NCBI GenBank assembly: GCA_963842525.1
Contig: CAWJGT010000025.1
Coordinates: 1-64,000 of the forward strand
DNA: 64,000 nt
DNA from: an uncultured Holophagales bacterium
GTDB taxonomy: Bacteria; Acidobacteriota; Thermoanaerobaculia; Multivoradales; UBA5704
Direction of reading: 5' to 3'
Every line of letters starts with the position of its first letter. The first letter of the stretch is position 1. This document shows, piece after piece, positions 36,781-48,823 of this stretch. Both the position numbers and the translations under genes were made by a program. The notes beneath the pieces are model-generated. The model was not told the origin of the DNA, made no database searches, and worked only from the letters and a program-made list of their open reading frames with translations.

Positions 36781-37812
36781 ATGCGAAAACAAGATCTGCA
36801 CAGCCTTTCGATTGCACTGCTCAGCGCCGCGGCGCTGTTCACTTTCGCCTGCGGCCGCCAGGCCGAGGAGCCCCAGGTCGCGACCGCGACCCAGGAGACC
36901 CGCCCGTCCGAGCCCTACACGGTCGAGGACGAGCACATTCCGCAGGCCACCGTCCCCAAGAGCCCCGAGCTGCTGCCGGAGCCCCCGCCGATCGTCGTTC
37001 AGGAGCCCGAAATCCCGCAAGAGGATGCTGCAGCCTCCCTCGAGGCACGGGAGCGGCGGCTGCAAGAGCGCCAGGCCGAGCTCGAGGCCCGGGAGCGGCG
37101 CATCCGCGAGAAGGAGCGCCAGAGATTGACCCCAAGACCGGCCCCGAGACCTGAAACGCCGAAGCCCGACGAGCAGGTCGCCGAGACCCTGCCCGCTCCC
37201 GTCGAGCCGGAACCCGAGCCCGAGGTGGAGGAGGTCGAGCCGGCCCCTGAACCCGAGCCGGAGCCTGAGCCGGAGGTGCGGACCGTGTCCGTCTCCGTGC
37301 CGGCCGGGACCACCTTCGCGGCCGAGCTCCAGGGGACCCTGTCCAGCGCCTCCAGCCGGGTCGGCGAGACCTTCCGCGCCCGCATCGTCGACGACGTGGT
37401 GGACGGCGGCGAGGTCGTGATCCCGGCCGGCTCCGAGGTGGTGGGCGAGGTCACCGAGGCGGTGCCGCTGCGCAAGGTCGGCGGCCGGGCCCGGCTCGCC
37501 GTCCGCTTCACCGACCTGGTGCTTCCCTCCGGGTCCACCGTGCCGATCCGGGCGACCCTCACCGAGCAGGGCCGTAGCGAGACCGGCCGCGATGCGGCCA
37601 CCATCGGCGGCGGTGCCGCGGGCGGTGCCGTACTGGGCCGCGTCCTGAGCCGCAAGGACCGGTCCAAGGGTGCTCTGATCGGCGCCATCATCGGCGCCGC
37701 CGCCGGGGCCGTGATCGCCTCCCGCACGCCGGGCGAGGAGGTCACCATCCCCGAGGGCACCATGGTCAACGTCGAGCTGAGCGATTCGGTCGAGGTGCGG
37801 GTACGGCGGTAG
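36781..37812 (+). CDS. Putative lipoprotein with coiled coil, Pro/Glu linker and C-terminal glycine-zipper domain
   Basis: Lipobox-like TFAC, VPAGT..LSS, IGGGAAGGAVLG..GALIGAIIGAAAG. Confidence 0.75.
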   Translation: MRKQDLHSLSIALLSAAALFTFACGRQAEEPQVATATQETRPSEPYTVEDEHIPQATVPKSPELLPEPPPIVVQEPEIPQEDAAASLEARERRLQERQAELEARERRIREKERQRLTPRPAPRPETPKPDEQVAETLPAPVEPEPEPEVEEVEPAPEPEPEPEPEVRTVSVSVPAGTTFAAELQGTLSSASSRVGETFRARIVDDVVDGGEVVIPAGSEVVGEVTEAVPLRKVGGRARLAVRFTDLVLPSGSTVPIRATLTEQGRSETGRDAATIGGGAAGGAVLGRVLSRKDRSKGALIGAIIGAAAGAVIASRTPGEEVTIPEGTMVNVELSDSVEVRVRR

Positions 37813-37891
37813 GGCCTCACCGGTCCGCCGGGTGGCGACCTGCCCTTCCGGGCGGGTCGCTTCTCCGGTCCAGGTGCTATCCTGGACCGCT

Positions 37892-39901
37892 ATGTTGCGA
37901 GAAGTGACCGTCCCCGCGCCCGCCTCTGCACCTCCGTCCTCCGACCGCCGCGCCCGCTCCGGCCTCTTCGGCGGGCGCGTCTCGTCCAGGCCGCGGACCT
38001 TCAGCGAGCCCGGCGACGTGCCGGGGGCGCCGCCCAAGAAGCCGCTCGGCTGGCGCGTGGTCCTCGCCGACGCCATCGAGCTCGTCAAGGCGCGCAAGGG
38101 GCGGCTGGCCCTGGGGCTGCTTCTGATGGGGGTCAGCCGCCTCGCCGGCCTGGTGCTCCCCGGCACGACCAAATTCCTCCTGGACGAGGTCATCGCCAAG
38201 GGGAACCGGGCCATGCTCACCCAGCTCGTCTTTGCCGCGGGCGCGGCCATCCTCGTCCAGGCGGTGACCGGCTTCGCGCTCTCCCAGGTCCTCGGCAAGG
38301 CCGCGCAGCGGTCGATCACCGAAATGCGCCGCACCGTGCAACGGCACGTCAGCCGGCTGTCGGTCCGCTACTTCGAGCAGACCAAGTCGGGCGCACTCCT
38401 CTCCCGGGTCATGAACGACGCCGAAGGTCTGCGCAACCTGGTGGGCAACGGCCTGGTCGAGATCGTCGGGAGCGTCCTCACAGCGGTTCTGGCGCTCGGC
38501 ATCCTCCTCTACCTCAACGTCAAGCTCACAGTCATCGCCCTGAGCATCCTGTCGCTGTTCGCGCTGATCATGCAGCGGGCGTTCAAGACCCTGAGGCCGC
38601 TCTTCCGCGAGCGTTCCAAGATCAACGCCGATATCTCCGGCCGGCTCACCGAGTCGTTCTCCGGCGTGCGGGTGGTCAAGGCCTACGGCGCGGAGCGGCG
38701 CGAGGCGCTGATCTTCGCCAAGGGGGCGCACCGCCTCTACCGCAACGTGGCCCGGACCATCACGGCGTTCTCGGCTATCGGCTCGGTCTCCACGCTCCTG
38801 CTGGGCGTGATCGGCGTGGTCATGATGTCGGTTGGGGCCAACGAGGTGCTCGCCCAACGCATGACGGTCGGAGACTTCTTCGCCTTCACCCTGTATCTCG
38901 GCCTGCTGGTCGGTCCGGCGGTCCAGATCGTCCATATCGGGAGCCAGATCACCGAGGCCTTCGCCGGGCTCGAGCGGATCCGCGAGATCCGCAACGAGAT
39001 TCCGGAGGACGCGGAGGACGCCGCCCGCCGGCCCATGCCGTACATCAGGGGAAGGATCGAGCTGCGCGACGTCTCCTTCGAATACCAGGCGGACACGCCG
39101 GTCCTGCGGAACATCTCGCTCTTGGCCGAGCCTGGGACCTCGACCGCCCTGGTGGGGCCCTCGGGCTCGGGCAAGAGCTCCCTGATCGGCCTGATCGCCG
39201 CCTTCCACGGGCCGACCACCGGGACTCTCCAGGTGGATGGTCAGCACCTTGCGGACCTCCGGCTCCACGACTACCGCTCGCACCTGGGGGTCGTCTTCCA
39301 GGACAACTTCCTCTTCGACGGGACGGTGTTCGAGAACATCGCCTATTCGCAGCCGGACGCCACCGACGAAGAGGTGCTGCGAGCCGCGGAGATCGCCCGC
39401 TGCGATGACTTCGTCCGCAAGCTGCCGCAGGGATACGACACGATCGTCGGCGAGCGGGGCGTCAAGCTTTCCGGCGGCGAGCGCCAGCGGGTGGCCATCG
39501 CCCGGGCCATCCTGGCGGACCCGCGCATCCTGATCCTCGACGAAGCCACCTCCTCGCTCGACAGCGAGAGCGAAGCGCTGATCCAGGAAGGCCTGGCCGA
39601 GCTGATGCAGGGCCGGACCACCTTTGTCATCGCCCACCGGCTGTCGACCATCCGGAAGGCCGACACGATCCTGGTGCTGGAAGATGGGCAGATCGTCGAG
39701 CGTGGCCGGCACGAGGAGCTGCTCGCCCTCGGAGGCCGGTACCACGCCCTCTACACGCGGCAGTACAACCTGGAGTCGAACCTCTTCCGCAATCCCGGCG
39801 AAAAGGTCGATGAGGACGAAGAGGATCCCAAGCCCGCCGCCGGCGCCGACACCGCGGTCGGCCGCGCCGGGCGCAGCCCGCTCCCGACCCTGTCGGCCTG
39901 A
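37892..39901 (+). CDS. ABC exporter, fused permease/ATPase (MsbA-like)
   Basis: TM domain, GPSGSGKS, LSGGERQR, ILDEATSSLD, IAHRLST. Confidence 0.93.
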   Translation: MLREVTVPAPASAPPSSDRRARSGLFGGRVSSRPRTFSEPGDVPGAPPKKPLGWRVVLADAIELVKARKGRLALGLLLMGVSRLAGLVLPGTTKFLLDEVIAKGNRAMLTQLVFAAGAAILVQAVTGFALSQVLGKAAQRSITEMRRTVQRHVSRLSVRYFEQTKSGALLSRVMNDAEGLRNLVGNGLVEIVGSVLTAVLALGILLYLNVKLTVIALSILSLFALIMQRAFKTLRPLFRERSKINADISGRLTESFSGVRVVKAYGAERREALIFAKGAHRLYRNVARTITAFSAIGSVSTLLLGVIGVVMMSVGANEVLAQRMTVGDFFAFTLYLGLLVGPAVQIVHIGSQITEAFAGLERIREIRNEIPEDAEDAARRPMPYIRGRIELRDVSFEYQADTPVLRNISLLAEPGTSTALVGPSGSGKSSLIGLIAAFHGPTTGTLQVDGQHLADLRLHDYRSHLGVVFQDNFLFDGTVFENIAYSQPDATDEEVLRAAEIARCDDFVRKLPQGYDTIVGERGVKLSGGERQRVAIARAILADPRILILDEATSSLDSESEALIQEGLAELMQGRTTFVIAHRLSTIRKADTILVLEDGQIVERGRHEELLALGGRYHALYTRQYNLESNLFRNPGEKVDEDEEDPKPAAGADTAVGRAGRSPLPTLSA

Positions 39902-39986
39902 TTGGTGAACCGCCCTTCCTTTTTCTCGCTCTCCTTGACGTGCTCGTACTGGTGCTCGTCCTTGCCGATATACGGCTCCCGAGCCC

Positions 39987-42266
39987 CTACCGCCGCTTGA
40001 CCTTCTGGGGCCTGTCCGGCGTGCCGAACCAGCCTTCGTGGCCGGAGATGTCGGTGGCCACGACGTAGAAGTCGACGGTGCCGTTCCGGTGGTAGGAGGA
40101 CGGGATCTCGACGTCGTAGCCGAAGGTGGACTTCTCGAGCGGCATCTCCCGCATCTTGCCCCCTTCCGGCCTTGCCATCATCTTGATGCTGCGGATCATG
40201 TAGTCGTCCTTGACCCGGAAGCTCAGCTCGACGACCCTGCTCTGGTCGTAGTCGAGGTAAAAGCCTTCGCGGAGCGAGACTTGCGGAGGGGCCTTGTCGA
40301 GCTGCGCGAGCTGGGTCTCGAATTTCTTCCGGACCTCGGCGAACTGGGCTGCGAGGTGCGGCGTCGGCTCGACGCCCTCCAGCCGCTCCAGGGCTTCGTG
40401 CGGCTTGCGGCGGCGCTCGGCCGCCGGTAGCAGGCTCAGCAGGGACGCCTGTTCGAGCTCGGCCTTCTGGTAGCGCTCGTAGTTGGCGACCCGCTCCCGC
40501 AGGCCTTCGCGGTCGGGCCAGGTGCGGCGCAACGGCTCGAGGCGGGCAAAGGCATCCGCATAGCGCCCTTCCCGGACCAGGGCCTCGACCTCGTTCTCCA
40601 GGACGGTTGCGGCGCCGCTCCGCAGGCCCAGCGGATCGCTCGCCTTGGGGAGCTTGGCGGTCAGCGCGGCGAAATGCTCGAGCACCCCGACCGGGGCCTT
40701 GCTCTCCGCGGCGGCCTCGGCCTGGGCATAGAGATCCGCGGCCTCCCGTGCCCGCACGAGGTCGGCGCGGACGGGCTCGGGGAGCGAGGCCTCCTGGCCG
40801 GTCGCGGCGGCCACGACGAAGCGGAGCCGGCCGAGGTCGCCGGTCTTCAGCCCCTTCACCAGGTCCTCCGGCAGCCGCTCGAGAGCCGCGAGCGCGAGCG
40901 TCTCCTGCAGGCTCTGGAGCGCCCGGCAGCCATCGGGGGAGAGGCTGGCCTGGTCGGCGGAATTCAGGGTCCGGAGCACTTCGAAGGCGTGCTCATCCTT
41001 CCCGTCGGCGAGCGCGAGCTGCGCCTCGGCGAGGACCTCGGCCGCGGGGCGGCGCGGCGGCAGCGGACGCGGTGCGGGAGCCTTCGCGACCGGCGGCGGG
41101 GGCGGAGGCTCTTTCCGGCCGAGCCACCAGACGCCGGCCAGGATGATGACCGCGAGGAGCGCCGCACCGGCACCGGCCAGAAGGGCGAGCCGCTTCTGCG
41201 CCGGCGTTGCCGCGGGCCGGTCCTTCTTCCGCTGGAAGGGCACCACCTTCTGGGACGTTGGTGGAGTCGCTGCACGCGGCGGCGGAGCGGGAGAGGTCAG
41301 GAGGTCGTCGTCGAGCGAGGAGAGCAGCTCTCCCAGGTCCGACGGCTCCGGCTCGCTGACAGGCGCGGCTGGCGCCGGGTTCCGAACGGGCGCTGTTGGC
41401 GATGGCGGTGGAGGCGGGACGACGACCAGGCGGGGCGTGGCGGCAACGGGCGACGGAGCTGGAGGCTCGGCGGCGGCCGGCGCCGGGATGCTGCCGCCGA
41501 GCGCCAGCCTTAGGGCGTCCCGGACCTCCTGGTGCGACGGACGCTCGCCCGGATTGCGCCGCAGGCAACGCTCCAGGATTTCGTCGAGGGCGTCGATGCG
41601 CTCCAGCTCGAGGGTGAGCGCGAAGGGCATCTGCACCTCCGGCGGCTCTCCAGGCTGCACAGTGGCGCCCAGCAGGTGACAGGCGACGGCGGCGAAGGAG
41701 TAGAGGTCGGCCCGCCAGTCCGCGCTCTCGCCGGGAGCAGCGATCTCCGGAGCGCGGAAGCGGACGGTCTCGGCCGGCGCGGGCCCGGGCTGCCGGAACA
41801 GGGCGCTGGCCAGGCCGAGGATCTTGGCCTGCTCCCCCTGCGGCCCGCTCACCACGAAGATGTTGTCGGGCGTCAGGTTGTGGTGGGCGAGCCCCCGGCG
41901 GGCCAGGACCTCCAGCCCATCCACGACCTGGAGCAGCAGCGCGAGGAGGCGCTGGGGCGAGCCGTCCAGGGTGTCGAGGGTCCGCCCTTCCAGAAGCTCC
42001 ATCACCAGGAAGGCGCTCCCTTCGGTATCGAGCCCGGAGTCGATCACCAGGGGGAAGCTCGGATGGCGGAGCCCCTCCAGGGCCGCGCCTAGGCTCTCGA
42101 GCTGCGGAGCCTTCTGGGCCAGGGCCGCGGGGGCAGCGACCGTGATCAGCTTGATCGCGACGTCCTGGCCCGACCGCGAGTCGACCGCCCGCAGGACGGT
42201 CCCTGTCCGGGCCGACCGGAGGATCTTGTCCAGACGGTAGCGTTCGGTGAGCTCGCGGAAATGCAT
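39987..42266 (-). CDS. Membrane Ser/Thr kinase-like protein (probable pseudokinase)
   Basis: VAIK, FLVMELLEG, APE, ADLYS retained; HRD read as HHN and DFG as GLA; TM and helical extracellular region. Confidence 0.8.
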   Translation of the reverse strand: MHFRELTERYRLDKILRSARTGTVLRAVDSRSGQDVAIKLITVAAPAALAQKAPQLESLGAALEGLRHPSFPLVIDSGLDTEGSAFLVMELLEGRTLDTLDGSPQRLLALLLQVVDGLEVLARRGLAHHNLTPDNIFVVSGPQGEQAKILGLASALFRQPGPAPAETVRFRAPEIAAPGESADWRADLYSFAAVACHLLGATVQPGEPPEVQMPFALTLELERIDALDEILERCLRRNPGERPSHQEVRDALRLALGGSIPAPAAAEPPAPSPVAATPRLVVVPPPPPSPTAPVRNPAPAAPVSEPEPSDLGELLSSLDDDLLTSPAPPPRAATPPTSQKVVPFQRKKDRPAATPAQKRLALLAGAGAALLAVIILAGVWWLGRKEPPPPPPVAKAPAPRPLPPRRPAAEVLAEAQLALADGKDEHAFEVLRTLNSADQASLSPDGCRALQSLQETLALAALERLPEDLVKGLKTGDLGRLRFVVAAATGQEASLPEPVRADLVRAREAADLYAQAEAAAESKAPVGVLEHFAALTAKLPKASDPLGLRSGAATVLENEVEALVREGRYADAFARLEPLRRTWPDREGLRERVANYERYQKAELEQASLLSLLPAAERRRKPHEALERLEGVEPTPHLAAQFAEVRKKFETQLAQLDKAPPQVSLREGFYLDYDQSRVVELSFRVKDDYMIRSIKMMARPEGGKMREMPLEKSTFGYDVEIPSSYHRNGTVDFYVVATDISGHEGWFGTPDRPQKVKRR

Positions 42267-42342
42267 GATCGCGATCCTCCCTCCTCGGAGACCATGAAAC
42301 CCGGCACTTCGACTTTCAGGCCACGTTAGTATAGACGAGGCG

Positions 42343-43770
42343 CTATAGCGAGTCCTTAATTCGGCGGTGGAAGACGACAACCGGCTTGCTGTGCCCCCAC
42401 CGGTATTCGCCAGAGGCCCTGTATCCGTGCTGCTCGAGAACCGCGGCGATGCGTGGGTCTCGCCGGAAGTCCTCCTCGTACAGAGCGATGACCGCACACT
42501 GTGCCAGATCACGAAGGAGCGCCTCCGCCGACAGCGGGTATGGCAGGTCGTGGAGGCCGGCGTCGCGCCCGAGATGGAGGCTCCCGCCGTAGGCCCAGGC
42601 TTGCGAAAGGCAGATCGCTGGTCGTGGTGAGGACGCCGCGAGATGCCGCGCCGCGACCACGGCGGCCATGGATTTTTTGCCGAGGAACGCCACGCCGCTG
42701 AGCCCGATCAGGAAGGATAGGGCGACGAGCACGGCCACGAGACGCCGCCGGCCGACCGTCCCGATCGTCCAGTACGACCACGCCCCTGCGGCCGCAAGGA
42801 TGATGAGGAAAGGGATGATGCCCTGGAGATAGCGGAGCTGTTTGTGGTGGATCGCCGAGAGGGCGAGGAGCGGCAAGAGCACGAAGAGTGCCCGCGTGAG
42901 CGAGCCCGGCACCGTCCGCGCCCTCCAGAGGAAGGGCAGGAGCGTCAGAGGGAGCCATTTCGGCAGCCGCCACAGGAACCAGAACCACGGCTGCACCGGC
43001 TCGAGCGCCGACGCCTGGCGCTCGACCAGGGTGTAGCGAGCGAACGCGAGAAGGCTCGCAAACGGCCTGCCCCAGGTGAGCCAGTCTTCAAGCCCGACGG
43101 TGAGCAGGCTGCCTGCCGCGAAGCCACCGAGGAGCGCCGCGCTGCAACGCACCCGGTCTCTTAAGGGCTCCTCCCGCAGCCAGAGCGATGCAAGCAGTGG
43201 CAGGAGGAAGACAGCTTCGCTGTAGCGAAACGCCCAGGCGAGCGCGATCAGGCCACCCGCCAGCGCCGCCCGCCAGGCTCCTGCGCTCTTCCTGCCGAGG
43301 AGCAGGGCGGCGAGAAGGACGCATGTCGTCGAGGCCGTGCGCGGGTAGACCATGCTGCCATAGCCCAGGGGCAGCCAGTGAAAGGCATAGAGAAAAGCGG
43401 CGAGGAGCGCCGGCTCGACACCGGTGAGCCACTGGCGCGTCAGGAGGCAGACGAGCCAGATGTTGCAGGACGCGAGGAGGACGAAGGGGACGCTCGCCAG
43501 CCACGCCAGGGTCTGTGTCGAGCCCACGCCGAATGCCGAGGCGAGCGCGAGCGCTGGAGCTGCGAGGAGATCCGAGACGAGCAGGTTGCGGATCTCGAAC
43601 GGCTGGTACGGCCAGCCGAGCGCACGCAGGAGCCCGGCCTGGAGGATCTCGACGTCATCGCCGGTGTGGAACCCGAAGAAGACGAAACCCAGGCACAGGC
43701 GCACCACGGTCGCCGTGAGGACGATCGCGCCCAAGTAGATTCGAACGCGGGTCTCCGTCCGTGTACGCAT
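42343..43770 (-). CDS. GT-C polytopic membrane glycosyltransferase
   Basis: GDDVE acidic motif in first loop, many TM helices, PWFWFL, HKQLRYL. Confidence 0.75.
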   Translation of the reverse strand: MRTRTETRVRIYLGAIVLTATVVRLCLGFVFFGFHTGDDVEILQAGLLRALGWPYQPFEIRNLLVSDLLAAPALALASAFGVGSTQTLAWLASVPFVLLASCNIWLVCLLTRQWLTGVEPALLAAFLYAFHWLPLGYGSMVYPRTASTTCVLLAALLLGRKSAGAWRAALAGGLIALAWAFRYSEAVFLLPLLASLWLREEPLRDRVRCSAALLGGFAAGSLLTVGLEDWLTWGRPFASLLAFARYTLVERQASALEPVQPWFWFLWRLPKWLPLTLLPFLWRARTVPGSLTRALFVLLPLLALSAIHHKQLRYLQGIIPFLIILAAAGAWSYWTIGTVGRRRLVAVLVALSFLIGLSGVAFLGKKSMAAVVAARHLAASSPRPAICLSQAWAYGGSLHLGRDAGLHDLPYPLSAEALLRDLAQCAVIALYEEDFRRDPRIAAVLEQHGYRASGEYRWGHSKPVVVFHRRIKDSL

Positions 43771-43888
43771 CAAAAAAAGTGACGGCCAAGCGGCACTCTG
43801 AGCCAGGGTTCCAGGTTATTATAGATGCGTCGCTATACAGCAGGAATAAACCGGGCCCCGTTCGAATTCCCAGCAGAGAGCCCGAGCC

Positions 43889-46057
43889 ATGTGTTGTATA
43901 CCAAAACGCGCCCTGCCAGCCCTCCTCGCCCTTGTCTTCGCTGTGGCCCTGGCGCCGCGTCCGGCCGCCGCTGTCGAAGCTTCGCCGTTCGGCGTCAACA
44001 TCCATACGCCCACGGGAGAGGAGCTGGTGTTCCTGCTCGACCGGCTGCAGGAGGCCGGCATCGGCTGGGTGCGGATCGACTTCCTCTGGACCTGGATCCA
44101 GCCGGCGCCGAACGTCTGGGACTGGACGGTCTACGACGCCCTCGTCGCCGCCGCCCAAGTGCGAGGGATCGAGATCTATGCCTCGATCGGCGAGACGCCG
44201 GACTGGGCCACCTCCGGTGTTCCGCGCTTCGGCGTGCCGGACGATCCGGCCGTGTGGGCCGACTTCTGCGGGCGCGCGGCCAGCCGCTACCGCGGCAAGA
44301 TCCGCTACTGGGGGCTGTGGAACGAGCCCAACCTGCCCAAGTTCTGGACGGGGAGCCGCCAGCAGTACATCGACGTCATCCTCAAGAGGGGCGCCGATGC
44401 CATTCACGCCGCCGACCCGGCCGCCCAGGTCGGGGGGCCTGACCTGGCCCACCTGACCGCGGGGAACGCCGACTGGTACGACTGGCTGCGGGACGTGATC
44501 CGCCAGGCCGGCGGCCGGCTCGACTTCGTGACCCATCACGTCTACGACGAAAGCGGTCCGGCCGACGTCACCGACCGCCTCGACGGCTCCACCGTGTTCG
44601 GCAACAGGCCCGATTTCTGGGATGTGGTCAACCCCTCGCTGCGGGAGGTCCTGAAGGAAGCCGGCTGGTCCGGGAGGCCGGTCTGGCTCACCGAGACCGG
44701 CTGGGAGTCGGCCCGGGTGGGCGAGGGCTCCCAGGCCAGCCATGTCCACGGGCTCCTCGACGCGTGGTTTACCGGCCGGCCGAACCGGGGCTGGATCAAC
44801 AAGATCTTCTTCTACGAGCTCAAGGACGGCACGACGCCGGACAGCCCGAGCTGGGGCCTCCTGCGGCCGGACCGCTCCGCCAAGCCGGCTTTCGACGCCT
44901 ACAGCGACTTCATCGCGGACAACCAGCCGCAGGGCGTGGACGACGCCGTGCTGGTCAGCTCCACCTTCCCCGACACCGTGGAGACGGGCCAGACCCTGAA
45001 CGTCCTCCTGACCTTCGAGAACACCGGCACCACGACCTGGACCGCGGCGTCCGGCTACAAGCTCGGCGCGGTCGATGACGTGGATGCGTTCGCCGAAGCG
45101 CGGCAGGCCCTCGCCGCGGGCGATGCGATCGCCCCCGACCAGCGGAAGACCTTCTCCTTCCCGATCACCGCGCCCGCGCTGCCCGGCACCTACACCATCC
45201 GCTGGCGCATGCTGCGCGAGGGGGCCGACCGCTTCGGCGCCGTCTACCAGAAGCAGGTGGTCGTCACCTTTGCGCCGCCGCAGCAGGAGCGCGCCCTGGC
45301 GCTCCTCGGCGGGCGCTTCGACGTCGAGGTGAGCTGGCGCGATCCCGGCAGCGGCCGGGCGGGCTTCGGCCGCGCGGTGCCCGATACCGACCGGAGCGGC
45401 TTTTTCTGGTTCTTCGGCGCGAACAACCTTGAGCTTGTCGTCAAGGTGCTCGACGGCCGGTCCTTCAACCAGCACTACTGGGTGTTCTACGGCGCTCTCT
45501 CCAACGTGGAGTACTGGATCAAGGTGACCGACCTGCGGACGGGCGCCGTGAAGGAGTACCACAATCCGCCGGGGAGCTTCTGCGGCCGGGGCGACACCGC
45601 GGCCTTCCGGGAGACGGCGGCGGCTACGGCCTCGGACGAAAGGACAGCAACGACAACATCCTCGTCCTTGGAGTCCCTGGACTTCTTGCCGTCCCTGCCT
45701 CCGGTCCTGGGGGCGGCTGAAACCTGTGCCCCCGACGCCCAGACCCTCTGCCTCCTCGGCTCCCGCTTCCGGGTCTCGGTCGAGTGGCAGGACCATCAGG
45801 GGAACGCCGGCAATGGGTTCGCGGTGCCGCGGAGCGATGCGAGCGGCACCTTCTGGTTCTTCGGCGCGGAGAACACCGAGCTGGTCGTCAAGGTCCTCGA
45901 CGGCCGGGTGCTCAACAACAAGTTCTGGTTCTTCTACGGGGCCCTGTCGGACGTCCAGTACACGATCACCGTGCGCGACCTGGAGACGGGCGTCCGCAAG
46001 CGCTATCGCAACCAGGCGGGAAACCTCTGCGGGAAGGCCGACACGGCTGCATTCTGA
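43889..46057 (+). CDS. Secreted GH-A clan glycoside hydrolase with Ig-like domain and two C-terminal repeat domains
   Basis: Signal peptide, WNEPN, WLTETGW, FENTGTTTW, two GxFWFF..N.ELVVKVLDGR repeats. Confidence 0.8.
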   Translation: MCCIPKRALPALLALVFAVALAPRPAAAVEASPFGVNIHTPTGEELVFLLDRLQEAGIGWVRIDFLWTWIQPAPNVWDWTVYDALVAAAQVRGIEIYASIGETPDWATSGVPRFGVPDDPAVWADFCGRAASRYRGKIRYWGLWNEPNLPKFWTGSRQQYIDVILKRGADAIHAADPAAQVGGPDLAHLTAGNADWYDWLRDVIRQAGGRLDFVTHHVYDESGPADVTDRLDGSTVFGNRPDFWDVVNPSLREVLKEAGWSGRPVWLTETGWESARVGEGSQASHVHGLLDAWFTGRPNRGWINKIFFYELKDGTTPDSPSWGLLRPDRSAKPAFDAYSDFIADNQPQGVDDAVLVSSTFPDTVETGQTLNVLLTFENTGTTTWTAASGYKLGAVDDVDAFAEARQALAAGDAIAPDQRKTFSFPITAPALPGTYTIRWRMLREGADRFGAVYQKQVVVTFAPPQQERALALLGGRFDVEVSWRDPGSGRAGFGRAVPDTDRSGFFWFFGANNLELVVKVLDGRSFNQHYWVFYGALSNVEYWIKVTDLRTGAVKEYHNPPGSFCGRGDTAAFRETAAATASDERTATTTSSSLESLDFLPSLPPVLGAAETCAPDAQTLCLLGSRFRVSVEWQDHQGNAGNGFAVPRSDASGTFWFFGAENTELVVKVLDGRVLNNKFWFFYGALSDVQYTITVRDLETGVRKRYRNQAGNLCGKADTAAF

Positions 46058-46070
46058 CCCGCCGCCAACT

Positions 46071-46086
46071 TGTGATACTTTTCACA
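46071..46086. promoter_or_regulatory. CRP/FNR- or Rex-like operator
   Basis: TGTGA-TACTTT-TCACA in the intergenic region upstream of hppA. Confidence 0.6.
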
Positions 46087-46210
46087 GGTTTCCGACGGGT
46101 GTCGGAGGTTTTTCCCTAATTCTGTGTCAGCGCGGGTGCCTCGACACGGCCCGGGAGGGGTCGCGGGTCTGCGCGTGAAACTGCGTCTTCTTCGGATTCG
46201 GAGGCTATTT

Positions 46211-48823
<2,613 letters not shown>

